Part shown: one piece after another, positions 14,999 through 29,109 of the stretch
Numbering within the stretch: the first letter of the stretch is position 1
How the letters are laid out: every line of letters starts with the position of its first letter
NCBI GenBank assembly: GCA_964016885.1
Contig: OZ024751.1
Coordinates: 8,370,001 to 8,434,000, forward strand
From: Eledone cirrhosa
Taxonomy: Eukaryota
Length of the DNA stretch: 64,000 nt
Direction of reading: 5' to 3'
The notes under the pieces: generated by a model
Database searches by the model: none
What the model saw: the letters and a program-made list of their open reading frames with translations, nothing else
Told to the model about the DNA's origin: nothing
Made by a program: the position numbers and the translations under genes

Positions 14999-16102
14999 GG
15001 CACGAAACCGAATTGAACACGGTTTATTATTATCTGTAGAATTTACCTACTTTAGAAGACTAATTAGGCCAATATCACCCATTTCAAATGTCCAACATTA
15101 TTCAGATTCCGTAATCTTATTTATGATTTCCGAAACAGTTTTTTGTTTTCAGCTTTTCAGGGATACACCTCTCCAGTGTGTAAAATTAATGTGCCGACCA
15201 TGATCATTTATATATTCTAAAAATTATGGAAGAAATCCATGCCCTTGTGCTAATCTGAATAATTAATATTTAGAGCAGAATTTATATGTAAAAATGATTT
15301 GTAATTTAAATATATCTTATTTAGTTTATGCACCCCTTCAATCATTTTCAGTTTCACCTGCATTTTGCAAAATATTCGCATGAAATATAACGTAAAGTAC
15401 AATACGATACAAAACAAGCACTTAGTGGGATCAACTAACATTTGATGCTTTTCGAAAATATATTGTAGTCTCCCTTTCATGCCGCAAAAAAAACTGGCGA
15501 TAGGCCTGCGACCTGTCCTGGGAGGCGCGAGATTGACATAACAAAAAATATATTTCCCTATCCACATTAATTCTCTTACTGGAAGTAATGGAAGTTGAGA
15601 TATTCCACATAAACCAAAACTTATTTATATCTCAGTTAAAATACTACTGCTGTATACTTTAGATATTTTCTATGCAGTGTATATGGAATATATTGATTTC
15701 ATTGTGAGTAGTTTCCTTGTCTATTATATCATGTCAACCAATAGTTGACTATCTTGTGCGTTGCCGCATGAGAGGTATATGAACATAAACCTAATTATCC
15801 ATCGATAGTTATTCACTTATATAGTTGTGTAATATTAAATCTTCCACACATACATGAGCTAGATTATTACGAGAATGTAATATGTGGTACAAATTAAGAG
15901 AATTATATGTGTTTGTAATGTCATATGACAGCAAATAATATTTCAAAATATGTGACGGAAACCTCACATCATATTATATATACCTAAGTATATCTAGGTT
16001 GAACGGTAAAAATGTTCAATTAATAGTGGCTAATAGTGAATAATTAATCAGAATTAGAACAATCATGTGTAACTGTCAACATATTTGTATAAATAATTAT
16101 AC

Positions 16103-16227
<125 letters not shown>

Positions 16228-16374
16228 TGATGGTAGCTAAGATGCTTCCCTAGACGGTATGTCGGCTGAGCACTCTATGTTCTTACAGAGCAGAGTGTGA
16301 TATAATATAAAACGAAAAATCAGTTACGCATCTGAACTCAATTTATTGTGTGTTACAATTGTTCGTCGGCGGAC

Positions 16375-16536
16375 AGCTCGAGACTCGATCATTGTGTGGA
16401 TCTGTCTGATACTGGATCTGCATGTTCGTCGGACACTTTTAATAATTTCGGTCAATGATCCGAAATTATTAGAAGTGACCGACGAACCTGCAGATCCAGT
16501 ATCAGACAGATCCACACAACCATCGTGTCTCGAGCT
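16375..16536. repeat. Hairpin with 77-bp arms (about 6 mismatches) and an 8-nt loop, abutting (TA)n
   Basis: 16375-16451 is the reverse complement of 16460-16536. Confidence 0.95.
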
Positions 16537-17078
16537 ATATATATATATATTTAAAAGAATAGAGGTGTAACACACGAGTTGTGATATATTGGTTAAAGGA
16601 AAAGAAAATGCTGACAAATTGTCCCCAGTGAAAAATAGTTTAATTAGTAATAAGTAAAAATTAGTAATAGTATTGTTTAGTATTAGTTTTGGTTTTAAGT
16701 TTTACCGGTTGCGCATTTCTAATGCTTTTCAAAAATAATTTGGAGATAGAGCGTCCGTGATGTTTGCTCTAATTTGATTAGTTTTGGAAATTCTACCTGT
16801 TTTATGTTAAAAAAAGTGGCTCCAGATGTATGAAAAAATTCTTGTGGTCAAAACAATTTTGATTGGTCGGTAGAGGTCATGTGAATGTTAAAAATTGATT
16901 TTGCGCCAAATGTAGGTTTGTCTCGGCTGATTGAGAAGTCTCTGAAAAATAAGTCTTTCAAGACAAAAATGTGTGTGTGCGTGTGTAGAAGTAGTAAAGA
17001 GGTTCGTTGTTGTGATAATGGTCAGCAGGGATGTGTGTCCGAACCGCAGCCTGTTGCCAGTTCAAATGCCTATTAAGA

Positions 17079-17122
<44 letters not shown>

Positions 17123-17717
17123 TGTGTATGCGTGTACGTGTGTTTGTGTGTGTGTGTGTAGCAGAGTAATTCGTGGTAGAGGGGCATGGTCAGTAGGAAT
17201 GTGTCTGTACGCGTGTGGGGGATATTTTAACATGTTAAAAGATATTTTTCAGCTCTTGTCTTATACAGAGAAGTGCGGTGTGTGTGTGAGTGTGTATATG
17301 TCTATTTGTATGTTAATGTACGCGTGTGTATGTGTGTGTGCATATACGTGTGTGTGTGTGTATATATATATGTGTTTTTTGTGTGTGTGGGGGTGGACCA
17401 GTATTTTTGTGATACTGGTAAAAATGGTGAACATTATTCGATATTTTCAGTAAATACGATTCTCTCAATAGAACATCAAAAACATAAAAATAAACATATC
17501 CAATACTAATAATATAATTAAAGATACAACTCCACTATCCGGGAGCTTCCAACAGCAATGGTTGCATTCTTTAAGGGTATGTCAATATTTATTTATAAAA
17601 CTGATCTATATTATATTTTATCTGATGAAAGCACACCATAATTTAACTTGGTGTCCTTGAAATATGTATAATGAAATAAATATGGTTTTATAAATATAGT
17701 TTCCATTTGTTAATATC

Positions 17718-17770
<53 letters not shown>

Positions 17771-17772
<2 letters not shown>

Positions 17773-18158
17773 AATTAATAAAAACAATGAATTAAAACAA
17801 AGAAACAGTTCCTTATATTAAAAAATTCATCATTTTACGATCGTTTCTAGGATATATATGTGCGTGTTGGTATGTAAATCATATAGATCTATGTAAAGGT
17901 TTTACAAACTATCAGAGGGAATATACATACCTACACATATATATGCTGTCTTCAGTAATAATTGTTTCTGAAGACAGCATATATATGTGTAGGTATGTAT
18001 ATTCCCTCTGATAGTTTGTAAAACTTTTACATAGATCTATATGATTTACTTACCAACACAGACATATATATCCTAGAAACGATCGTAAAATTATGATTTT
18101 TTTTAATATAAGGAACTGTTTCTTTGTTTTTATTTATTGTATTGTTTTTATTAATTTA
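17771..18158. repeat. Fold-back with ~185-bp arms and a 12-nt loop; each arm carries a hammerhead-like motif
   Basis: 17771-17955 is the reverse complement of 17968-18158; a third single copy lies at 51835-52031. Confidence 0.95.
17964..18091 (+). ncRNA. Type I hammerhead-like ribozyme with a ~100-nt stem II
   Basis: GTTT-CTGAAGA(17968-74)-[101 nt whose ends pair via ATATATATGT/ACATATATAT]-GAAA(18076-79)-CGATCG-TA-AAAT; palindromic stem III ACGATCGT. Confidence 0.6.
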
Positions 18159-18289
18159 TCTTGACTCTGTTTTCCTGTGTTTTTCATCGAAAAAATGTTG
18201 AATACATCTTATATTTTCATGATATTTGGATCACATTGAGTTCTTCATACGGATTGGACAATACCGTATATTTTGGTAGATTTAGCTAC

Positions 18290-18330
<41 letters not shown>

Positions 18331-18438
18331 TTTATTAGTAAAAAGGAAAATGAAATGCAAACACATTTTTCACTGGGAAAAATATATCAGCATTTTCTTT
18401 TCCTTTTTTACTAATATATCACAACTCTATTCTTTTAG

Positions 18439-18494
<56 letters not shown>

Positions 18495-18642
18495 ATGTAT
18501 GTACGCATGTGTTTTTATTCATATATAAACATATAGATATTTAGGTGGATATGAAAAAATATAGGTTAGAAGCGTTAAACTAATAAATTTATTTCATGCA
18601 TTGCTATTTCTGTTTGCATTTTACACACATACGTATATATAT

Positions 18643-19720
<1,078 letters not shown>

Positions 19721-19956
19721 TATGGTAAACATGAGATTTCCCTTCTCGCTCTTAGTACCGGTGATAGGTATACATACTTATATTTAAGTGACAGCTGGAA
19801 CTAAGTTTGAGAAATGAAATTTCATTTTTTCCATTTATCGTTTTCGGTATGCCCGCCCGACTATCTCACTCGATATGCAAATTAGGCGGCTCAGCCGTTA
19901 ATATGCATAAGGAAAGTATATACTTTCAAACGTTCAATCAAATGACAGGATGGTAT

Positions 19957-19999
19957 ACGGTGCTGATGACAGCTAATAAGCTAGAAACTAGTCCATCGT
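19957..19999 (+). ncRNA. Minimal type I hammerhead ribozyme
   Basis: ACGGTG-CTGATGA-CAGCTAATAAGCTA-GAAA-CTAG-TC-CATCGT: stem I ACGGTG/CATCGT, complete core, stem II AGCT/AGCT, palindromic stem III ACTAGT, GUC cleavage triplet. Confidence 0.88.
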
Positions 20000-20118
20000 T
20001 ACTTTGTCTGTGTTGAACAAAAGGGCAACAATTGCTGCCGAACACTGTAAGGCGAATAGTTCGGGCTGTTTGTTTACAAATACCCGAGCATTATAATATA
20101 TGTTCGGTAAACCCATAC

Positions 20119-20160
<42 letters not shown>

Positions 20161-20402
20161 ATGTATGTATGTATATAATCACTACTGTACGTCTGTATAC
20201 GTATATGTATGTACGTATACATACTTATATTTAAGCATCAGCCGTACTAAGAATGAGAAATTAAATCTCATTTTTTCGATTTATCGTTTTCGGTACGCCC
20301 GGCCGACTAACTCACTCGATATGCAAAATAGGCTGCTCTGCTGTTAATATGCATAAAGAAAGTATATACTTTCAAACATTCAATCAACTGACAGGAAGGT
20401 AT

Positions 20403-20445
20403 ACGGTGATGATGACAGCTAATAAGCTAGAAACTAGTTCATCGT
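20403..20445 (+). ncRNA. Second hammerhead copy with a mutated core (probably inactive)
   Basis: Same sequence, but ATGATGA in place of CTGATGA and GTT in place of GTC. Confidence 0.75.
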
Positions 20446-20620
20446 TCCTTTGTCAGTGTTGGTCGGCGAATAATTTGGGCTGTTTGTTTACAAACTAACC
20501 GAGCATTATAATAAATGTTCGGTAAACCCATACGTACATATATATATATATGTGTGTATGTATGTATTTATATACATACTACTGTACGTCTGTATACATA
20601 TATGTATGTACGCATACATA

Positions 20621-20670
<50 letters not shown>

Positions 20671-20878
20671 TACATATTTAGGAATAAAGGGGTTTTGTTG
20701 TTACTTGATACAGTGTGTTTAGAAATAGGAAGAAACCACAAACAAAAAGGCAGGTCCCCCCTTCAGTTGTCTGCGGGGGTCTCGGATATTTCAACGCATT
20801 AAAGACAATATATATATCACCAGTGCGTAAATTATTTTTTTATTTTATTGGGGGAAAAAAAAAAGAGAGAGGGGGGGG

Positions 20879-20953
<75 letters not shown>

Positions 20954-21939
20954 GAGGGAAAGAATTAATAATAACAACATTGGAGATGGAAAGAATGGAC
21001 AGGTCACAGCAAAGAATTAATAACAATTTAGAAGGGGAAATGGGCTGTATATATATGTATGTATATATTGTATACGCCGAGTGTGCGTGTCTTTTGTGTA
21101 CTCTTTTTATAAACTCGACAAAAATGTAATTGTAATAGTATATTACGAAATTCAACGATGAAATATTTTTTTTATATTTCTGATTATTACACATCAGTTC
21201 TAACCTTTTACATTTGTTACAACATTTAAAAGTTTATGTTAACCTCAGAGCCAGACATATTAATTAATTTCAATAATTTAGTTAGTGACATATTTTATTT
21301 TAATCATGAGTAAACAATGGTATTTCAATAGAAACGAATTGTCTTTTCTTTCGATTTAACATTTTCTTCCATCTCATTAATTTTATGTTGTTCCTTTCTG
21401 TAAAAATACCAAAATAAATAAGTTTTTTTTTCCTATGCAAATTTAATTTCGTGAATACAATATATAGAAGTAGTGTATCTATCCATATGAAAACCACATG
21501 AAGATTATATTGTGATTTATGTTGTTTTACAGAGATGTAAAGCTTCCTGTTTGAATTTAATATGTGACGAGAATAGCTGCTATTTTTTACTTTTTCAAAC
21601 GCAGAAAAATTCTCCAACTCTTGCGATTATAGTAAAGCTGAACTGTTGACAGCTTATATATAATATATGATTAGTTTTGTTTCATTGAGTTGGCTCAACT
21701 CAGTCTAATATTTTATGATCGACTCTAGATTTATCTACTTTAAGCGCCGAATATCAACCATTAAGGGACTTGTAGTCTATAACCAGTTATGTATAATTGG
21801 TATGGTATGGCCTCGGAACTGCCGATATAGTCGTAGGGGTGCCGATTTTACATACGGCGTTTCTTGTGCGTTTTAAGCCTGGCAAACCTCATCATTCTTC
21901 AGGCCCGAGTACAACATATTTCTGCCCGTGAGAGGAAGA

Positions 21940-22072
21940 ATCGACCCTACTAGTAGACTGGATAGAAGGCAAAGTTGACCTCGGTAGGATTTGAACTCAG
22001 TGATCAGGGAGACGGACGAAATACCATAAGGCTTTCTGTTCGACGACTAATGACACTGCCAATTCGGCGCCT
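21940..22072 (-). mobile_element. Diverged OK-like SINE
   Basis: GAAGGCAAAGTTGACCTCGGTAGGATTTGAACTCAG...CTGCCAATTCGGCGCC. Confidence 0.7.
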
Positions 22073-22984
22073 TATATATACTCACCCATGAGATAATTTC
22101 TTACGCACCGGGATTCGATAAATATTCAGGCTTTGGTAGAGGTTATGTCCATTCCATGTCACATGTGTTTCAAGTAAATAACATATATCCTTCACGTCAT
22201 GAAAATGTTTTTATCAGTTCTCATGCAAATTACCCAAATACCCGTAGAAATTCCGTTACTTCAATTATATAATTAATTCCTTGAACAAAAAATTGTAACA
22301 GGGAACTCTCAGACACATTTGTTGATGTATGAAAAACGCCAGGGTCAACCACTATAACTAATGCGTTTTATTGTTTACCTGGCGGATGTTGATGTCTTCC
22401 CTGTCTTCACATGTCCCAGTTATGATTTTTCTAGAGACTAATAATGTTAAAGAATATATTAATGTATGCAAATATCATCCACTATTTAGTTAATTTACTG
22501 TCTAATGTCTTGCTTTTTTAGCGTTTTCTTTTTTAGAAAAATAAATCCGATAAGATACTCACAATTTATGTATTCCTGCATCTACTTCGCTAGAAATACT
22601 TCAACTGAAAAATGCTTATAATAAAATGTATCTGTCTTTAAGATCGCCTAGTTTCCTATTCCTTTCGATGAAAATGGCGCGGGCAATGTTCACCTTTTTA
22701 TGCCTGCTTATGAAATATTGCTTTAGACTCACAATATATCAGGAAAAAACACGCATTAAAGAACACGTTCTTTCGGCCTGTCTCCCTAACAATCCTCCAG
22801 GGAAAAGCCTTTTGTATTCTGTACAATGGGGTGGCGGGGAGGGGGGGAACTCACGGTCCCCCATTTGCTATCCTTATAATAGTGAGAGATAGGGAGAGCG
22901 AGAGAGATGGAAGCAGGGAGGGTGAGAGTTTGGTTCCTTTGTGTTGGGACCTGGTGTACATGTTTCACAGACACACACTCACAC

Positions 22985-23341
22985 TGTTATGAACAGATTA
23001 AAACCATAGATTAAAACCATTGATTAACTAACAAAAGCTATATCTGTTGCATTTAATAAGTCCCCACTTCACACAGTCCCCCTGCTGTATACCATTCTCA
23101 CGAGTGCCTCGACTGTTAGAAAACACCTGCAGAAATGTCGCACACATTATATAAATTATACAACAAATGCCTATGATCTAAACATCACACATCTGCGTAT
23201 TAAGGGCTTTAAATCTCTCATTAACTGCAGTGCTAATTACCGGGCACTGATTTACTATTATGATTATACTAGTCTGCTCATATAAACACGCCTCCGACTA
23301 AATATATCCACACCTAGGTTCAACTAACTATTACCATAACA
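22985..23341 (-). mobile_element. Probable solo LTR (~357 bp)
   Basis: 7-bp inverted termini TGTTATG...CATAACA; on the minus strand a TATA-like motif (~23148) precedes ATTAAA (~23052); no clean TSD. Confidence 0.5.
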
Positions 23342-24683
23342 CGTCCTTTTCTTAAACCTAAAATGTCACAGAACATATGATAAAAGTGTAAACTGTTGTT
23401 TTGTTTATTTGGTTTGGTGTTGCTTTTTTGTTGTTCATTTGTATAATTTGACTCTCGTTTTAATTCCTGTATTCTCAATTGTTATTGTACTAGTTTTCTA
23501 AAAACAATTCAGATACGCAAACGTATTATTCTTACATTAAAATTGTAGTTATTCATAAAATAAAGGAAGGCTGATCAAGTTTCTAATCATTAAATTACAT
23601 ATGAGGAAGTCAGCAATAGTTTATTTGGTTTAGCATACGCACAAAATTAATTTAAACTACAGTATGGTTTTGTGTGAAAAGATAATTTTATAATCTATAC
23701 TATTGCATGATAACGTGGGTGTGATTAAATGTAGTTTAATGTACGTGTTGTTATTTGTTTTCTCCACTCTATGACCTAGCTTTTGAATTAGTGCTTTTGA
23801 TTGTGAATGATAATTACTTATCAGAATTTATAGGAAAATAGACAATTAATTACCCTAAGATTTTAACCTAATGACCGGTTTGTGTTCTCTTTCAAAACAA
23901 TTGATTGTATTCACAACATCCGGTCTACAGATAAACGAAACTTCAAATGATTTAAGATTGGAAATATATATATAAAATAGTTTTCAAGTAAGAAATGTTG
24001 TTTCCTTCGTGATCACGTCTTTTATGGGTTAGAAATTTGACATTTTAACATTTTCAAAGTTTCAGACCTACGAAGGCTAATGTCATAGATTCTTTTTTTA
24101 ACTTAGGTTAATTTCGTTAGCTTCGTTACATAGAATAAACTTTAATCTCTCTTCTTATACCTAGCCTCAGCTAACGATATATACTTGCAGACCTTATATT
24201 CGAAATAAACTTCAACGGCTATAGGTTACATTTATGATTATCATAGGAATGTTATTACCAAGTGAGTGTCATGACAACACTGAAACAGTAATACTTATGC
24301 GTGTATATTGGTAGGCGATCAAAACATAGAAATACATTCTTTCTACGTTCACGATTAATCAGAACTCAATAGCAATTACAACAGAAAGGAAAGATCGAAT
24401 CGGTTAGGCATCATCACAATGAAACAACATGGATACTTGAAATAAACATCATGTATAAACGTAAAATGTTCTAACGATAAATATTGTATTTCTTGAGGAA
24501 TAACATCACAGGAATAAAACTTTGAATTGACTCTACTTCAAACGGTTGAGAAGTTCTAAAGAAACTGCGGCATTAATTATAGACTAGGTAATCTTTCCAG
24601 AACCATATAGGTGTAGACACACACACATGCACACACATGTACACACATACACATACACATAGACATATATATATATGTGTTTG

Positions 24684-24768
<85 letters not shown>

Positions 24769-26612
24769 CAAGAGAGATTGAGAGAGATATATAATGGTAT
24801 ATATAATGCCCTGTAAGTCAATTCCAGGATAATATGGAATACTTTGTAATGTTTGCGATAGACATAGAATTTCAATGTTTAAAATAAGAAAGAATTGATT
24901 ACACCGTAATTTCTGCATTCTAGATACCGAAAAGTAAGATGTGTGCCAATTAATGTATATTTTAACCATTATACTTTCCAATGGTCTGTTCTTATTTTAA
25001 AAATACTGAATAAAATAAAATAAAATATGATATTATACATGTTATATATGATTGTGTATGGGAGTGTGTATATGCTGTGGTAAACTTTCTAATACACATA
25101 TCAGTGGAGACATTGTGTTTTGTGATATTCGATAAAGCTTGACACACATGCAAATCCACTTTTTTTTTTTTTTGCATTTCCAACATTAGAGAAACATTTT
25201 ATCTTTATTACGTTGGTATCTCTGAAATCATATTTGATTACGTCACTAGAATTCTAGACATGTCTCTCGCACTAAGTCTATGAAACGTAGCCAAAGCTAT
25301 CTCATGGTGTTAGAATCAGCAATCTGGAGCAATGTCTCGGTATTAAGCCTTTGACTAGATTTCTAATCATCTTCCTATTTATTCATATGTAAATTTGTCT
25401 GCAGACTAGAAATTCCATGAAAAGTAATGTATGCAGCATCAAAACTATCAATATCTACTTCCCGTCGTTTATCGATATTTAAGCGAAGTTTGATCACATG
25501 TTTTATTATTTGAAAATAACAGATGATTGCTAATTCACGGGTGTTGTCTATACACGCAGGATGGTACTATTTTATACAGTACCCAACAAATGTGTTTTTA
25601 TCACTTAGTTGGCTTTCATAGCTCTATCCTCTACTTTCCCATACAACGAGATCTGCCCTTCCTTACACTTTCCCAAGTTTCAAATTACTTAATTTTGATT
25701 TTAACTTTCTACCTCATTTTAACTTTCTTTCTCAATCTAACTTTATATCTTATTTATTCTTTTAATTTTTAAAAAGGGTTTAATTTCTAAAGGGGCAAAG
25801 GGTTAAAATAATATGCCACTACTTGTGTTGCATACTGTGTAACAAAAGAAACATAGCGATTTTCAGTCGTATCAGTAACGTTAGAAGATATAATATATTC
25901 CTTAATTCCATCTATTGAATAAACCACTATATTAAAACAATTATAGAACAGCACAAAGTGATTATACGTTTTCTGACAAAAAATATATTTCAAACCTTGC
26001 CATTAAATTTCAGGAATATTTAACAGTCATAAATATTCCTCTAAAAGAAAAAGAAAAAAAGTAAGAAATTATTGATATTTTAGACATAGTTTCCATTCGT
26101 GTTTAGGTCTGGATATCTTGACCTTGTCTAGCTTTAATAACCAGAAAGCGGATATAACTAGAATATTGTTTATTGGAGACAAAATAATATTAGAATGATA
26201 TTACCTACTCAGGAAATAAGAAAATGGATAGAAAATACACATCTCAGTCTCGTTTATCGAGTTAATATTGGAAAGTGAAGAAGAGTGAAGAAAAACTAAA
26301 ATGATGATGAGCTGAATGTTGTATTACAGTAGTGTATCACAAGATTACACAAATATTAGGAATATGTATCACAATACGAATAACGAGGTTTGCAATGCAA
26401 TATAAAGTAGTTTTACTTCCTTGTTCAGCCAGATTAAGTAGAAAACTAATATAGCAGTATTACTTTTACATAGACGTACATGCACATGTAAACATATATG
26501 CACACATAAATACATACACACATAAACACATATAGACATATAGACATAAATACATAAAAACATACACACAGACAGGTAGATAAATAAATAAATGGTGGGA
26601 GGGAGAGATTGG

Positions 26613-26709
<97 letters not shown>

Positions 26710-27203
26710 TGCACAGCTACATAATACATTAGATAAATAATAGAAATATCTCACAATGTTGTCTATACAGTTGCGGTGGAAGTACAACCACAAACACTCA
26801 TATACACACAGGCACAAACATTTATATAAACACTCACACATACACAAAACCAAAGGCACACACACACAAACAAACAAATATATATTTATATATATAAATG
26901 TTCCAATTTCTTTTTCTATGCCAGCCCGCTACCTTTCTGTATGAAATTATGATTCATCAGCTCATAAACATAAGACGAATTCTATAAGAATCTAAGTGAT
27001 TTCACCTTCAGCAAAGACAGGAAGATCTATAATCTTGACAAACAGTAATAAGTAAGAAAAGATTGCATTGTCCATCACCGCCTACTGTCCTTTTTTCTTT
27101 TTTTTTTTGTGCAGCTAGGTATTTGCCGATGGTCACGTAGCAAAATGCCTTCAAATGTTTTCCATACGCATTCTATATATTATTCAATATACAATGTGTA
27201 CAT

Positions 27204-27269
<66 letters not shown>

Positions 27270-27322
27270 ATTATAATAAAATGACAGAAGGCTGGATTGT
27301 GTAAATCCTTGAAAGGTTTATT

Positions 27323-27380
27323 ATACTATGATCATTTCAATGAACGGGTTCCGTATGAATGCGGTGATATCATCAGGTAT
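27323..27380 (-). ncRNA. Hammerhead-like motif with a decayed stem II, ~50 nt from a (TA)n tract
   Basis: Minus strand ATAC-CTGATGA-(31 nt)-GAAA-TGATCA-TA-GTAT: stem I ATAC/GTAT, palindromic stem III ATGATCAT. Confidence 0.65.
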
Positions 27381-28017
27381 TCGAAATATAATAAATGAAT
27401 GTAACAGATAAAATCCATGGGGCTGAAAATCATAGACCGAGGGTCGTCCACTTTAGCCGGTCGCCTTCGAGTGCTTGCTATTCGGTCTACTTAAGGCTAT
27501 CTGGTGAGGGGGCGAAAGCTTATAATGTGCTACTAACTTCCCGGTCAAAGAGAAAAAAAGACAGAAAGAAAGAAGAAAAGTCAGCATTAATGTCATGCTA
27601 CAATCAGGCTAGGAATAGTCGCGAAAAATGTTATTCTAAAGAACCTATATCTTAACAGAGGTATATATTATAACAGAGGTATATATAGTGGGCGTCTGCA
27701 ATGTGTGAACAGAAAATTGGAACCTTAAATTTCTGTTTAGATTTATAGGATGAAATTTAAAAAAATTAAATTAAAGATTATAAAAAAAATTTGAAAATTA
27801 AAAATTAAACAGTTTAAAAAAAATGTATGGTTTGGGTTGCGAGATTTAGTTAAAATATTCACAGAGAGAGTCTTCTATAAAAAAATGTTTAAGTGTGTTA
27901 TAGAGATCCTCGATAAATTTTCAGGGTGGGATATAGAGTAAAGATTAAGTCCTTGTTTAGCAGTCAAACAGCTAGACCATACGGAATGACCAGCTCTATC
28001 CAATGGTGAACATTCAA

Positions 28018-28072
<55 letters not shown>

Positions 28073-28112
28073 CGAAACATAAGTCAATTGCATGAACTCA
28101 TAATTCTTTATT

Positions 28113-28170
28113 TACTGGTATATATATTTCGATGATAGCCATTGAATGGCTATGACCTCATCAGGCATTT
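28113..28170 (-). ncRNA. Hammerhead-like motif with a poor stem I
   Basis: Minus strand CTGATGA-GGTCATAGCCATTCAATGGCTATCATC-GAAA-TATATA: stem II pairs at 11 of 12 positions, but stem I does not pair. Confidence 0.55.
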
Positions 28171-28908
28171 AGTCTGTTCTTAGATATGCCAGCTCTGTGT
28201 TTATGGTGTTGATGGTATCAGAGCCTTGGGACATATAAATGGCAAGGTTTGAAATATATATTTTGTCAGACAACGTATAATCACTTTGTGCTGTTCTATA
28301 ATTGTTTTAATATAGTGGTTTATATAAATCCCTTTATATATATGTAGAAAGGGATATATATATATATATATATAAAGGGATTTATACGCGTGTGCCTCTG
28401 TGTGTGTATGAATGTACGTCTACACCCCCGCCCGAAGCGTGTTTCATCACTGGTTATGTGTGTGCACATATATATGTTTATCCTACTTATATGTGTGTGT
28501 GCGTAAGTACGCGTGCCAATGCGTCTGTGAGTGGGTATGTGTGGACCCATATGCATATGCTTTATGCAGGCATGGATAGGGTCGAGTGTATGTGTGTATA
28601 TGTGTACGTTTGTTTACAGACATGCTCATACCCCGTTTGTATACACATATGTGTATGTATATACTATGTGTGTGTGGCTGCGTATTTATATGTATCTATA
28701 TGCCTTTACATACACTCTGATCATTATCTCCTTATAACATGAGTCCCCTTAACAACCCATTACCACACCTAACACCCCACCCTAAATACCGCAATCATCC
28801 AGTATCATGAACAGCACCACCACCACACCCAACACAAAAATCTGCACTAACGTACCCAACCAATAATCGTAATGAAGAAGTAACCACTCGTCCTTGTTTT
28901 ATTTCATT

Positions 28909-29092
28909 GTGGATTGGCAGTATCGGTAGAGAGTCCGACACCATGTTTTGCAGAATAGAGTTATGGCCCTTTCTGATCTGAGTTCAAATCCCGCCGAGGT
29001 TAACTTTGCCTTTCATCCTTACAGGGTCGATAAAATAAAGTACCAGTAATGCACTGGAAATTGTTGGCCTTGTGCCAAAAGTAGAACCAATT
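28909..29092 (+). mobile_element. OK-like SINE
   Basis: A and B boxes and the full body. Confidence 0.9.
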
Positions 29093-29109
29093 ATATATAT
29101 ATATATATA

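Larger units (their letters stand above)
19770..20625 (+). mobile_element. Tandem 446-nt non-coding repeat with one HHR per unit (retrozyme-like or PLE-derived)
   Basis: Two colinear units; equivalent HHR cleavage positions at 19993 and 20439; flanked by (TA)n; further fragments at 13850-13900 and 52035-52415. Confidence 0.8.

Noticed and set aside
16324-16617. Paired sense and antisense ORFs
   Set aside because: By-product of the 77-bp inverted repeat
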